Notes: a model not told the origin generated them from the letters alone. A stretch of DNA of 63,400 nt, filler included, from Welwitschia mirabilis (GCA_051453625.1; 10 parts of one record of this genome joined end to end with filler, not necessarily neighbours in it); one strand, 5' to 3'. Positions 40,341 to 54,551 are shown, counted from the whole stretch's first letter. Numbers and translations are program-made.

Positions 40341-41974
40341 ATCCTCTGAGTCTAAAAGATACTTATTTGGTGCACTACAACCCAATGACAAAACCTCAGA
40401 ACTTGTTTGTTAAAATAATTTTAATTTATCATTTACATGGCTTATTTGCTTATCAATAAAAACTTTGTCATTGATTAATTGCATAAAGTATAGAATTCTA
40501 TCTTCAATACATTTTATTAATTCACTCGTAATAAACCTTAAACAAGAGTCATTGCATAGATAGGTCATCACCATTAAAGACTTTTGTCTTTTACAAGAAA
40601 TTTCTTAACATTTCAATAAATATATTGGATTACAAAAAATCATATTTGTAATATTTGTATCCAATAGCTTTCAAAACAACTCTCTTTAGACTCCTATTAT
40701 ATTCATTCTTCAAGTCATAAAAAATTGTATGTATGTTCTCCATTTTCCATAATGACTAAATTTTTTACCAAAAAATTATTTGCAAGAAAACAATTTTTTT
40801 AACTTTTGATTTAATTAGTCTCTCATAAAGTCGTGTTCTTACTTCACCCTCTCACAATCACGAGGCTATAAGTAGAGTTCCTTAATATTAAATCTACTAG
40901 ACTACAATTAGAGATATCCATATAGATGAATTTATGAAGTTCTTCTAGCACCCTAGGTTAGTAGACCTAAAGCATAATTAAGGACAAATGATATCTTTCA
41001 CTTTCATGGTGGACATCCATGTAAATTTCCTTCGGAGTCACATAATTTATGTAATGAAACAAAGAAAGATAAGAAAAATTATGGCCTATTATTTCCACAG
41101 AATGTCTAAGAACCACATTCATGTTTTTGGAAGAGCCTTAAAGCTCATCAAAAGAGCACTACAGATTTGTCTCAACTCGATGACTTTAAACATAATTAAG
41201 GACATAAATTTTGAGTCATAACACTAAGAAGTAAATCCTACTTGTTCTAGTCATCTTGTTAAATAATGTGACTTTTTTATGAAGAGCTTATGTATCTTAG
41301 TTCAATGAATACGCTTGTCCTCTAAGAATTAGAGAGGGGTCAGGCGAAAAGAGCCTAAGCCATTCTACAAGATCATTGGCCCAGTAATCCATTCACTTCA
41401 TAAGATGGTTAATTCCAAGGTAACCTTGTCAGCTTATGTTCTAATCTACAAAAAGAACAAAAAGAAGCTCATGTAAATCCTTGATGGTGTTTATATCGTG
41501 TCTTTGTATAGCTTGTTACACCAAGTCTTCTTAAAAGTAACAAATCTTAAGAATCAATCAACAAGATCAAGAATGAAAATTCCTTACAATAATATCCTTA
41601 GGGAGGAGTTTAGAAAGATAATAGGATTAGAAAGGCTTTTTCATTTAGCAAATTTCATAATCATGTGCAATATTACAAGGTTTAGAGAACATGGTGAAGT
41701 GAAATTTCTTCTTCACAATAAGTATATATAGGATTTAGAATAAGTATCTTTTGGAGTTCTCCATCTATCTTTGAGAAGTAAACAATAATATAAGACACAT
41801 CCTACTTATAACATCTTCATAAATTCTTAATAGATCTAAGAAGCTTAGTATTCATGGTTCCCCATATGTGAGATGTAAATTCATGTATCTCAAGACTATG
41901 TAAAATGGTTCCCAATAGGCGTTGAATGATATATAGGATGCTAGAAAAGGGTAAATTGAAGTGTCTGTGCTACA

Positions 41975-43837
41975 CTGATATGAAATCTATTCACTAAAGT
42001 GCTCCTTGGAAACGTCTTGTATTTGAAAGAGGTGAAGAGTCGTGACTTATATCCAAAGGTCGCGACTTATGGAAATTGGCGAAAAGTCATGACTTACATC
42101 CAAAAGTTGCTACTTATGGAAATTATGGAGAGCAAAAAAATCTTCAACGCTCCCACTCAAATTGGTGCATAGATATCACACTTGCCCAACTTGTCAAGGC
42201 TTTTTGAAAACACTAAATTTAAGACTACCTTAGTAAGAACATCCACTAATTAGTCCTCAGATCGAATTTTAGGTAGTTCTACAATCTTCCCATCTAACTT
42301 TTTCTTAGTGAAGAATCTATCCACTTCAACATGCTTTGTTCAATCATGTTGAACTGGATTGTGGGCAATGTCACAAGTAGCTTTATTGTCACAATACATC
42401 CGAATTGGTTGCCTAGGTGGATAATCCAAATCTTGAAAAAGTAATCTCAACCATAAGGCTTCACAAAGTCCCAGTGCTATACCTTTAAATTTAGCTTCTG
42501 CACTTGAGCGAGTAACAAAATTTTGTTTCTTGCTTCTCCATGTAACAAGATTACCACCCACAAATGTGAAATAACCAGAAGTTGATTTTCAATCATTGAT
42601 TGATCCAACCCAATTGGCATCAGTATATGCATCCACACTTTGACAATCTATATCTTTAGTGAATAGTATTCCCTTTCTAGGAGCAGACTTCAAATACCTC
42701 AAAACACGCATGATTGCATCCATATGTTGTTCTCAATGGATTATGCATAAATTGGCTCACAATATTCAATGCATAGGCAAGATTTGGTCTAGTGTGGGCT
42801 AAGTACATCAGCCTCCCTACTAGCCTTTGGTATCTCCCTTTATCAACTGGTATTTGGTTTGACTCAATACATAACTTCAAGCCTTCCTCCATAGGTGGAT
42901 CAACTGGTTGACATGCCAATATTCCAGTCTCTTTCAATAAATCTAATGCATATTTCCTTTGAGACAAAAATATTCCTTTCGTGGATCTTGACACTATCAT
43001 CCCAAGGAAATATTTCAAGGAACCAAGGTCTTTCATTTTAAAATCTCTGGACAAATACTCTTGTAAAGCATCCCTTTCTTCTGGATCATTCCCTATAACT
43101 ACCATGTCATCCACATATACAATGAGTGAAGTGATCTTACCCTGCTATTTTTTCAAAAATAAAGTATGGTCTAAATTGCTTTGATGGTATCCAAATGCTA
43201 TCATAGACTTTATGAACCTTTCAAACCATGCTCGCAGAGTCTGTTTTAGCCCATACAATGATTTCTTCAATCTGCATATCTTTTGGTGATGCCTTTTGGG
43301 GGCCATGCATCCTAGTGGGAGCTCCATATAAACTTCTTTAGATAATTCTCCATACCAAAAGGCATTTTTTACATCAAATTGTTGTAATGGTTATCTAAGT
43401 TTACTGCCAAGGATAACAATACCAGACAGTGTTGATTTGAGCTACATGTGCAAATGTCTATGTAATCAATCCCATAGGATTGGGTATATCCTTTTTCCAC
43501 AAGTCTTGCTTTAAATAGTCAAATCGTGCCATCTCCTTTATACTGCACAGTGTAAATCCATCGACATCCTATTGGCTTTTTTCCTGGTGAGCAATCAACA
43601 AGGTCACAAGTGTCATTCTTTTGCAAAGAGTTCATTTCTCATTCATAGCAGCTTTCCACCTTGAATCAGTTAAGCTTCCTACAAACTGTTAGGAATAGCT
43701 ACAGTAGATAATTGATTAACAAATGACTGATTTGACTCTAACAACCTTTGGTTAGACACAAAACGACTAATGGGATATTTTAACTTTACTAGAAAGTTCA
43801 GGTTCATATGTGGGTTTAGGAATACCTCTGGTAAGAC
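41975..43837 (-). mobile_element. Copia RT/RNase H fragment with 3' LTR
   Basis: CRLKKSLYGLKQ, YVDDMVVIGND, DLGSLKYFLG, GGNLVTWRSKKQ..RSSAEA, MYCDNKA..IAHNPVQHD. PPT complement ctcccactcaa at ~42150-42160. LTR has tandem gtc(g/a)tgactta repeats; left boundary approximate. Confidence 0.9.
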
Positions 43838-44170
43838 NNNNNNNNNNNNNNNNNNNNNNNNNNNNNNNNNNNNNNNNNNNNTTAATTAATTAANNNNNNN
43901 NNNNNNNNNNNNNNNNNNNNNNNNNNNNNNNNNNNNNTTCACTGATTCTATTAGAAACCTAGACTTCTTTTGCATAAACTAATCCTTTGTACATTGCTCA
44001 GTTGAAAAAAAAAAATATTATCTCATTAAAAGCACCATTACTTAAGAATATAATTAAGGCAAGGATTTTGCAAAAGTTATAGATAAAAGAGAAAAGGAAG
44101 AGGTTTTCAAATAAGTGAGTTGGAAGCGTTGCATTGTCACCCAATGCCATTCCCCACCGCCCCCCCACCT

Positions 44171-45756
44171 AGAGATGCTAACAGAACGGATGATATGTCT
44201 TCTAAAATTTTATTAATATTGACTCTGACAATAGTGGAGCAACTAATGACAATACATGTGTTGAAAAAGCTTAGTTGTCACTTCCAATATTACGGAAGAC
44301 AACAACAGAGCCAGAAGGAATACAAATGCCATGGTGCTAAATACTATGTTCACGAGAGCAGGCTTACACATCTTGGTTTTGTCGTAAGTACAAGCTTGAG
44401 GCTTCGTACTGGAGGATTTAACGGAACCCAAGAATAGGAATACTAGTATACCAAAGCATACCATAAATATTACCAAATACTTGTACTCCGTAAAGAGAAA
44501 CGAAGTGGCTCTGGCAGAAATCGCATTCTGAGCTTCCGCGCACTTGCTAATGGCATTACTGTCATCGTCAGTGTCCTCCTCAACCTCATCTAAAAGCTTT
44601 TTATTAAAGCCGCTATTTCCCTGGAAGCAGAAACCTTAACTTGTGAAACGAGAATCCACTACACGATGGCAAAACCTATGCCCACAACAGTGGCGACAGG
44701 TATGAGCACTTGAGTGAGGGTCTCTATAAGCAAATCCCCCATTCTTCCTCCAATTTCACTGCAAAAATGCTTTCAACCTCCTCCTCTTCTTTCTAAGCAA
44801 AGATAGCACAAACGAACTCGTATTTATGGAGGGAGGCTATGTGTCAAGGGCATGGTAAGTGACCCCTGAGACTCTCGAACTCTGATCACAGTGCAAGCTT
44901 AGCTAACAGGAATTCTTCCATGGGAGTTTATCAGAACTGATTTGCCAGTTCTAGAACAAGATTTCGAAGAGAAAGACAAGCAAGTCTAAGATCGTCCTGC
45001 AAGCACACTTTCTTGGCTAGAATCCACAAACGCTGTGGTTCTTTCACTATCACTGAAAATCCTCATCGCCTATCCATCTATGCGCATCACACAAACACGT
45101 AAATCGAAAGGAAGCGAAAGTTGCAAAAAAAACTGTATGCCTATGCACGTATTATGTGCCTTTGCTATGAATCCTCTACCTCCAGATGGCTACACTACAA
45201 GTATGCTCATTAGAAGGCTACGGTTTTCACTCCGGTTGGATCGATTCAATGAATTGGGTGCATGATTTTGGGATCTTAACATATAGCTTAATAGAAGAGA
45301 GATGAGGATGCCAGCGAGAGAGGGGAAACGACGACTAGGGATGGCACAACGCCAGAAGAGAGGAGGATGGGGAGAAACGACGGCAATGAGGGGTTCACAA
45401 CATCATAGCCAGATCAAGGATGATCACAGAGAAGGCCCAGAGAATACAGATGAAAATGCAAAGAGGATAAGAGATCAAAGACCATCACAAGAAAAAAAAA
45501 GGAGAGAGAGAAGAAGAAACGATAATCAAAAGTAAGAACTGGAGGAAGATCAGCATCACAAAGAAAAGGAGACCAATGCAGTAGATCACAGTAAAGTAGC
45601 AGACCAAAGACAAGCATCACAGATGAGAACAACGCCAAAAAAAGCAAGAGATTAGAGACGGCAGGAGGCAAATAGCGGGAGCATACAGGCAACACCGAAT
45701 TGACTGACAGCGACGCCAAAAAAGGAAGAACAACGGGTACCAAATGTTTTCTTTTG
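44171..45756. repeat. ~1.6 kb direct repeat, copy 1 (pairs with 51964-53593)
   Basis: Colinear high similarity by eye along the whole block. Confidence 0.9.
44321..44742 (-). pseudogene. Type I vacuolar H+-pyrophosphatase (AVP1/VHP1-like) N-terminal fragment, copy 1
   Basis: [37 protein letters not shown]...[72 protein letters not shown]; contains a stop and a frameshift. Confidence 0.9.
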
Positions 45757-46407
45757 TTTTTGTGCCCTTTGAAAATTAGTTTTATGCTTGCAGCGAGGTA
45801 GTTTTTTTGGCTTAGCTTTTATATTAATTTTTAGAGTGTCTTCAAGCAATTTAATTGAAAAGTTCAGAGTTTTTTTTTTTAAATCAACATTCAAGTCTAC
45901 ATTTTAGTTTGTATTGAGTGCCTCATATTGTAACCTTTTCAAAGATTTCTTGCTATCTTCTTAAGAATAAAGCTTCTTCTATACTCATATATATGCATTA
46001 TTCTTTGATAAATTTTTATTGTAATTAGAAATTTAGGTTTTATTTACAAGTTCATAAACACAATTAGCTTTAGGTATTTTCATTGAATATTTTTTATGCA
46101 AAATATTATTACAATATTGTTCTGCCACTTTAAATCTCTTTAGTGTCATTGCATAATAATTATTCATCCTTGCCCTAATGGAAAGTGAAAACAAAAACTA
46201 ACCCTTAATCGTGTATAATTATCACCTTTTATTTGCGAAACAGAATTTAATTGATTAAAATCATAAGCTCATATTGCCAAAAGAAAATCGTGATTGATTT
46301 AACGTTGCATAGAAATTATCGTAATATCGTTAGGCATAATTCGAACAATGCTAAGTAAAATACAAAAATCATAATTTAATTGTTGTGAAAAATTTTAGCA
46401 ACAGTTT

Positions 46408-49400
46408 TGGCGGTAAAAGGAGGATCCCTCGTGCAGGTCCCTTATCATTTTTCTAGATTGTTTTTATTGATCGACTATGTTCGCTTTACCCTTGCCTACC
46501 ACCTTATTGTACACAACAACCACAATGCTGATGTCGACCTGCGAGAAAAAAGCCTACATCTCTGGGTACTTGTCTAACAACACCCTTCAACCCTTACCCC
46601 TGATGAACTTCGTGTTATGAACGACTACAAAAGTTACTAGGAAGGTTATCTCACCCATCCCATCCAAAGAATTCGACCCTTAGTGATTAGGAAATTAGTA
46701 ATCCCAGATGACGAGAACAAGGTTCTTCCTGAAGATCCTTTCTCACAGAAATACGACGAAAACCAAGAATTTGTAAATGAATGGGGTCTGACGAAAAAAC
46801 TAAAACATCAAACAAACCCACACCACAAATACTAAAAAAGGACTTCGAAGATGATAGTCTATTTAAATATGAAACCAATGATGAGGAACCACCTAAAGTC
46901 CCATAAATCAAGGACCAAAAACCACCCATCTAGTCAACTGAGTTTAACATGCTCTGGGAGGCCATCAATGACATCAATTGAGGCCTCCAAACTAGGAAGA
47001 ATTACCTCGATACAGACTTTGACGATACACTAATTCACCCCTCTATCCATCGCAAAGTTATTTCGCCTAGTGAAATGCTTGATTTCGAAAAATTCACAGG
47101 TGTCGAAGACCCTTTCATTCACATTAGATATTTCAAACACTTCTGCCACATGTACAACATAGAATGAAACACTGTATGCCATTTATTTTATCGATCTCTC
47201 CAACAACAAGCCCTCGAGTGGTATCATCGACTGCCGACCCACTCCATCACAAATCTTAAACAACTATTCGAAATGTTTATACAACATTATTTGATAAAAA
47301 TCATAAAGCGAATGACATTAGATTCATTAACAACGATGAAATAATAATTTAATAATACCATTCAAGACTACGTTCGATGATGGATGGTTATTGCCTTACA
47401 ATTAGAAACCCCTATCGCGGATTCTGACATGGCATATCTCTTTACCAAGTCATGCATCCCATATGTCTCAGAACATCTTAGGATGTAAGCATTCAAGACG
47501 TTTGAACAAGCAGTCACATTAGCAAGAAGAATCGAAATTGTAAGCAGAGAAAAGGGTGCCATAAAATATGGCAATGCATCACAAAACGAACCGACAAAAA
47601 GAGAAAATAATAACAACAAAATGAATAACACAAAGAATGTGGCAATAGTCGACTAGACTTCATAACCTTCTCAACCAAGTTATCAATTTCAACCAGTCAG
47701 TAGTCCTGTGCAAAAACCACCTCTCAACCTCCTTTTCCTTCAAACGCTTTTCCCTTTTAACCAGTTGTGGGACAACCTTACTTCCTACCTTAACAACTAT
47801 AAAGTTTTCAATGAACACCATCACCTCAATGACAATAGCTCTAATTGCCTTAACAATAGCCCCTAAATCAATAACAACCTTTTTCAACTCAAAACCAAGA
47901 TCGAAATCGGTCTCAGAATGAAAATGCAATTCAAAGACCTAGAAGAAACTTAATTAGGTTACAAATTCCATTGACAAAGATCCTTGGAATTTTACTCCAA
48001 AAGGGGGCAATCCAACTGCCTTCAATTAGAGAGAAAGATCCCAATGCACCAAAACCAAAGAGTTACAATGAGTCAAAATACTGTGAATATCACAGGATTA
48101 GGAACATCACACCGAAAACTGTTTAACTTGAAACATATCATCCAAGACATTATCAAAAATAAAAAAGACATCAAATTTGATATGATCCTCGCAGCTGTAA
48201 ACGAATAGCTCAAGATCTACAAGAACCCTTTTTCTACTCAAGCTCTACATCACAGACACCACAAAATGTGGTGGTTCAAGATGACAACGCTTCCTATGCA
48301 ATATGGGTGATCGATGGATAATTAAAAAAACCATTAGAACAAATCATTCAAGAAAATAAACAGAAGCTACAATGGTTAGTTGAGATAGAAGATGCTTGAA
48401 GTCGACTCAATCCTCGACTGAGCATTCAATTACAATTGCATGTCTCTAAAGTAGAGGAAGCATATCACCACCTATCCTTGTTGATTGAGAACTCCGAACC
48501 TTACAAATAAGCCTTCGAAAGATTATGTGAGGAACGTTTAACATCAAAAGCACCTTTGAAATAAGAACCTATTTTAGACCANNNNNNNNNNNNNNNNNNN
48601 NNNNNNNNNNNNNNNNNNNNNNNNNNNNNNNNNNNNNNNNNNNNNNNNNNNNNNNNNNNNNNNNNNNNNNNNNNNNNNNNNNNNNNNNNNNNNNNNNNNN
48701 NNNNNNNNNNNNNNNNNNNNNNNNNNNNNNNNNNNNNNNNNNNNNNNNNNNNNNNNNNNNNNNNNNNNNNNNNNNNNNNNNNNNNNNNNNNNNNNNNNNN
48801 NNNNNNNNNNNNNNNNNNNNNNNNNNNNNNNNNNNNNNNNNNNNNNNNNNNNNNNNNNNNNNNNNNNNNNNNNNNNNNNNNNNNNNNNNNNNNNNNNNNN
48901 NNNNNNNNNNNNNNNNNNNNNNNNNNNNNNNNNNNNNNNNNNNNNNNNNNNNNNNNNNNNNNNNNNNNNNNNNNNNNNNNNNNNNNNNNNNNNNNNNNNA
49001 ACTTGCAATGATTAGTCGAGATGGAAGATGCTCGAAGTTGACTCACCCCTTGACCAAATATTCAGTGATAATAGCATGCCTCTAAAGTGGAGGAAGCATA
49101 TCATCATCTCTCTTTATTGATTAAAAACTTTGAACCTTATAAATAAGCATTCAAAAAACTATGTAAGGAACATCTAACATCAAAAGTGCCTCCAAAATAA
49201 GAACCTATTTTAGACCAAGTAAATCTTCAAAAAAAAGATGAGGATCATGAAGCAATTCAATTGTATCCTGAAGAGATCTCATCCACCTCTAGGAAAACAA
49301 TAATTACTAAACCACCCTATATCTTGGTGAACATTGACTCTACTAAAGTAGCCAGAGTCTTTGTTGATTATAGGGCCGAATTAAACATCATCAGATCATC

Positions 49401-49800
49401 TTACCTAGACAAACTCAATCTGTAATATCTACTAGATTCAAAAAAAAGTATAACAATTAGAGGTTTTAATGATCAAGAAGACCAATCAAAGGGAATAGTT
49501 ACTTTACCAGTAGAAGTGGCTCAAAAGGTCAAGGATACTAAATTTCATGTTATTGATAGTATTGCTACATTTAATTTACTTTTAGGTCATCCTTGGATCA
49601 TGGATACGGGGGCAATCATATTGTTACCCCACTAAAAACTCAAATTCATCAGATCAAAGATCTCAGTGCCACTGGAAAGAAATCATACAGTGGCAAATGT
49701 GAAGGCACAATCCCAAGCATCTTCCTCGTCATCACTTCGACTCTCAGAAAAGAGAATCATTCCATTTTTGCATTTCAAACATGATCCAGTAGACCCTCAT
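46408..49800 (+). mobile_element. Tat/Ogre-like Gypsy internal region (gag + protease), decayed
   Basis: CA end at 46403, then PBS-like tggcggtaaaaggagg. Gag FEKFTGVEDPFIHI..QALEWYHRLPTHSI (~47085-47290), YCEYH motif (~48079), protease VFVDYRAELNII..FNLLLGHPWI (49310-49600). Ends are approximate. Confidence 0.75.
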
Positions 49801-50855
49801 AAATTTAGCATCTCGCAAATTCTTGATGCATAGCTCTTAGATTCTGGTTGGATTTCTTTTGTTCCCAATGATTTTCCCACAAGTATATAATCATTTTCTT
49901 ACATTCTAAAGTTTCAACTTCTTACACTCATCATTTTTAGTCATAACAGTTCATTGCATCCACCTGCATCTCATTATATAAAGCTCTTCCATGCTACTGT
50001 TTTATGCAAAACATCCATTCTTTCACTTGATAATAGTATCTTTTATTTACTCATTCTTTTTCCTTCGATAATTTATCATGTGATCCTTAATTTCCACTTT
50101 GTATTTAAGCCTTCTTAAACTTATTAATGATGTTTGTTCTTAAATTAATTTATATCATTTAGTTGCATTATGCTTGGGTACATCATTACAATGGATTAAC
50201 TGTCAAGTGGTCAAAGTCTTATCTTACAGAGAAATGCATTTTGAATGACTTCATTGAGTTCTTAATTCAGATGCTAAGAAAGAACCTAGTGTTAAGGGAT
50301 AACAGCTGAGATTATATTAATAATCATCATAATACTCTTGGCATGATAGAAGCAATTGAGTCATCTTTATNNNNNNNNNNNNNNNNNNNNNNNNNNNNNN
50401 NNNNNNNNNNNNNNNNNNNNNNNNNNNNNNNNNNNNNNNNNNNNNNNNNNNNNNNNNNNNNNNNNNNTAAAAGTAGTTTTCCTATTTTAGGACATTTACA
50501 GTGGTAAGATTGGATTTCACCCAATCTTAAGATATTCGTACATTTATGACATTCGATACCTCATGTTTTTCTGTCCTAGTATTGATTTGTGTCAAATATG
50601 ACGCTTGTTTTCAGTAGTAAATCTTATGATTTATCATCTTAATGATCAATCAATATTCTAAAAAAAGAGAATACAAGTCAATTGAAAAGATATCAATATC
50701 ATACACCTAAAAGAAAAGAAAAGAAAAGAATATATATATATATATAATAATCATGNNNNNNNNNNNNNNNNNNNNNNNNNNNNNNNNNNNNNNNNNNNNN
50801 NNNNNNNNNNNNNNNNNNNNNNNNNNNNNNNNNNNNNNNNNNNNNNNNNNNNNNN

Positions 50856-50888
<33 letters not shown>

Positions 50889-51963
50889 ATCATGTTGTCT
50901 TATCACAAGTGCACCGGAGTAAATATTCCTGACAGGGGCCTTTGGCAGTGTGATATGGTAGCTATAGGAACTCCACTGGGGCATTAGTTGGTTACGATCT
51001 AGCTTCAGCTTGCAAATACTTATGCTTTTGATAGTGGTTGCACTCCCCTCATCATGGTAGATGGTGATTCCTAAAAATTCCATTGACTTGATTTTCCATG
51101 ACTCTGAAGCGATAACTTCATGAGCATTTAGAACATATTGATTATTCGTTAGTAAGTTATTAAGATCTCATTTACTGTGACAGTCGATGATCAGATTGAG
51201 TTATAGTCATGATATTACATCGATACTTCACAGAACAACTATAGACATTATCATAATTGTTGTCCTAGTCACATGATACTCTGTGTTGTTTAGCATCGAA
51301 CCATAGTTAATGACATCAAATAATTTCATGACGCATACCAATAGGTATTGTCAGGTTGACACTTATAGACATTGAAATCAATCTTCTTCATGCCCCTGTT
51401 TGTCCATTTCCACCTAGTCTTTCCCTAGCATTCGCACTTGATTATCTCAGAGTCATCCCCTTATGTTTACTCTAGATCTATTTAAGACTATTTCCACTCT
51501 TCAGTTAATCCATCACGTATTAGTATCTAAACTTGTTTTGCTATATGTTTTTCCTTTATCATAAGTCTCACTTATTTGCATTTCCATTTCATTATCTCCC
51601 ATCTCTCACACAATTGTTTCAATTCATTTCTACTTTATTCATCCACGTAATCCCCTCACCTGTTATTTTCTCATTAGCTCATTCATAATCTTTAATCGTT
51701 AGTGAATCATGTACTCATTTATCTATTCCATACATATGTTTAAGTTTGCTTCAAGTTACAACTTCATCATTAGGTGAGTCATGCCCAATTATCTCAATTT
51801 TAATTCCATCACTTATCTGATGAAATTTTTTGACGTAAAGTTCACCATTTTACTTTACNNNNNNNNNNNNNNNNNNNNNNNNNNNNNNNNNNNNNNNNNN
51901 NNTTAATTAATTAANNNNNNNNNNNNNNNNNNNNNNNNNNNNNNNNNNNNNNNNNNNNAAGCA

Positions 51964-53593
51964 AGAGATGATAACAGAAAGGATGTTATGTCTTCTAAAA
52001 TTTTATTAATATTGACTCTGATAATAGCGGAGCAAGTAATGACAACACATGTGTTGAAAAAGCTTAGTTGTCACTTCCAATATCAAGTAAGACAACAACA
52101 GAGCCAGAAGGAATACAAATGCCATGGTGCTAAATACTACGTTCGCGAGAGCAGGCTTGCACATCTTGGTTTTGTCATAAGTACAAGCTTGAGGCTTGGT
52201 ACTGGAGGATTCAATGGAACCCAAGAATAGAAATATTAGTATGCTAAAGCATACCATAAGTATTCCCAGATACTGTACTTCGTAAAGAGAAATGAAGTGG
52301 CTCCAGCAGAAATCATTTTTTGAACTTTTGTGCACTTATTAAGACATTACCATCATCATCGGTGTCCTCCTCAACCTCATCTAAAAGCTTTTGATTGAAG
52401 TCGCTATTTCTCCTAGAAGCAGAAACCTTAACTTTTCAAATGAGAATCCACTGCACAACGGCAAAACCTATGCCCATAATAGTGGCGACAGGTATTAGCA
52501 ATTGAGTAAGGATCTTTATAAGCAAAGCCCCCATTCTTCCTCCAATTCCACCAGAAAAATGCTTTCAACCTCCTCCTCCTCTTTCTAAGTAAAGATAGCA
52601 CAAATAAACTCGTATTTAAGGAGGGAGGCTATTTGTCAAGGGCACTGTAAGTGGCCCCTAAAACTCTTGAACTCTGATCACAATGCGAGCTTAGCTAACA
52701 AGAATTCTTCCATGGGAGTTTATCAGAACTGATTTGCCAGTTCTAGAATAAGATTTCGAAGAGAAAGACAAGCAAGTCTAAGAGCATCCTGCAGACACAC
52801 TTTCTTGGCCAGACCTCACAAATGTCGTGGTTCTTTCGCTATAACTAAAAATCCTCATCGCCTATCCATCTATGTGCATCACACATACACAAAAATCAAA
52901 CGGAAGCAAAAGTTGCAACAAAAACTGTATGCCTATGTGCATATTGCGTGCCTTTGCTATGAATCCTTCACCTCCGTCTGGCTACACTACACGTATACTC
53001 CTTAGAAAGCTATGGTTTTCACTCTAGTTGGATCAATTCAATGAACTAGATGCATGATTTTGAGATCTTAACATACAACTTAATAGAAGAGAGATGAGGA
53101 TGCTAGCGAGAGAAGGGAAGACAATTAATCAGAGCACGAGCAACACACACAAAAAAAAAATGACAACCAGGGATAGCACAACGCTGGAAGAGAGAAGGAT
53201 TGAGAGAAACGAAGATAGTGAGTGGTTAACAATGTCATAGCCTGATCAAGGACGATCACAGAGGAGGGATAGAGAATACAGACGAAAATGTAGAGAGGAT
53301 AAGAGATCGAATACCATCAAAAGAAAAAAGAGAGAGAGAGAGAGAAGAAGAAGAAACGATAATTAGAAGCAAGAACAAGAGGAAGATTAGCAACACAGAG
53401 AAAAGGAGACCAACGTAGTAGATCACAGTAAAGCAGCAGACTAAAGACGAGCCTCACTGATAAGAATAATACCAGAAAAAGCAAGAGATTAGAGATGGCA
53501 GGAGGTAAATAGCAAGAGCATGCAAGCAATGCCAGAACGGCAGACAACGACACCGAAAAAGGAAGAACGATGGGTACCAAATGTTTTCTTTTG
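51964..53593. repeat. ~1.6 kb direct repeat, copy 2
   Basis: Matches 44171-45756; left end is bounded by a gap. Confidence 0.9.
52114..52534 (-). pseudogene. Vacuolar H+-pyrophosphatase N-terminal fragment, copy 2
   Basis: MGALLIKILTQLLIPVATIMGIGFAVVQWILI*KVKVS...[11 protein letters not shown]...[40 protein letters not shown]; lesions differ from copy 1. Confidence 0.9.
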
Positions 53594-54551
53594 GGGGGAT
53601 GGGTTGTTAAGGTAGAGAAAGAACTTATACAAGACATAGCACCTTAGTAGAGCTCAAAAAGGATAAAAAGAAGTTGCATCCCCTAGGACAGCTACTAGTA
53701 CTTAGGGACTTAAAAGAGACTAAAAAGCACTAAGCTTCTTAGAGGAACTTATAATAATGGAGCTTTAAGTTTTATAATCTTCTTGAAGACCTAGAGCTTC
53801 ATATTNNNNNNNNNNNNNNNNNNNNNNNNNNNNNNNNNNNNNNNNNNNNTTAATTAATTAANNNNNNNNNNNNNNNNNNNNNNNNNNNNNNNNNNNNNNN
53901 NNNNNAACATAAAATAGCAAATTATGGGGCTAGTAGCAATTACATACTACAATTGAACACAATCGGAATAGTCAACAAAATTTTTTAGAAGAAAAGAAGC
54001 TTACATCCAATCTATTTGTAATATACTTATCCATGAATCAAATGAAAGCTTAAAGATTCAAAAAGGAATTATATTTTGAAATGTAAAGTTAGTGCTTCCA
54101 TTCTTCAGTTTTCTTGTCCCTTCATTCTTGGCTAGTCTTTCATGGTTAAGAAATTCAAAAACAAAGTCTTTATGATGCTAAGATGCTCCTAACTTCCTTT
54201 GTACTTTAGCCCTCAAAATTATAGCTTTTTTCAAAAGGGAACTTTGTACCTTCCAAAAAACTTGAAAGAGGAAATTGTTTGGGAGCTAAGGGGCAATATT
54301 AGGTGTGCGATTGATCTGCACCTAATGCAACTCCTGTTTGGAAGAGCTAACACTCCTATTTTTAGTCATATCAGCACCAAAAATCTAGATTTTAACTTTT
54401 TCCCAAAAATAGAAAACACAACATAAAAGAACAAGGAAAAGAAAAAAGAAAAAGAGGGGAGGGGGAACGTCTCTAATAGAATATGGCCAATGAATGCAAC
54501 GCAGAATGCTTTATTTGCTTGCTGACCTTCAAAATAAGGCTAAAACCTTAC

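Noticed and set aside
40350-41970. Possible LINE RNase H-like remnant on minus
   Set aside because: Similarity too weak to support.
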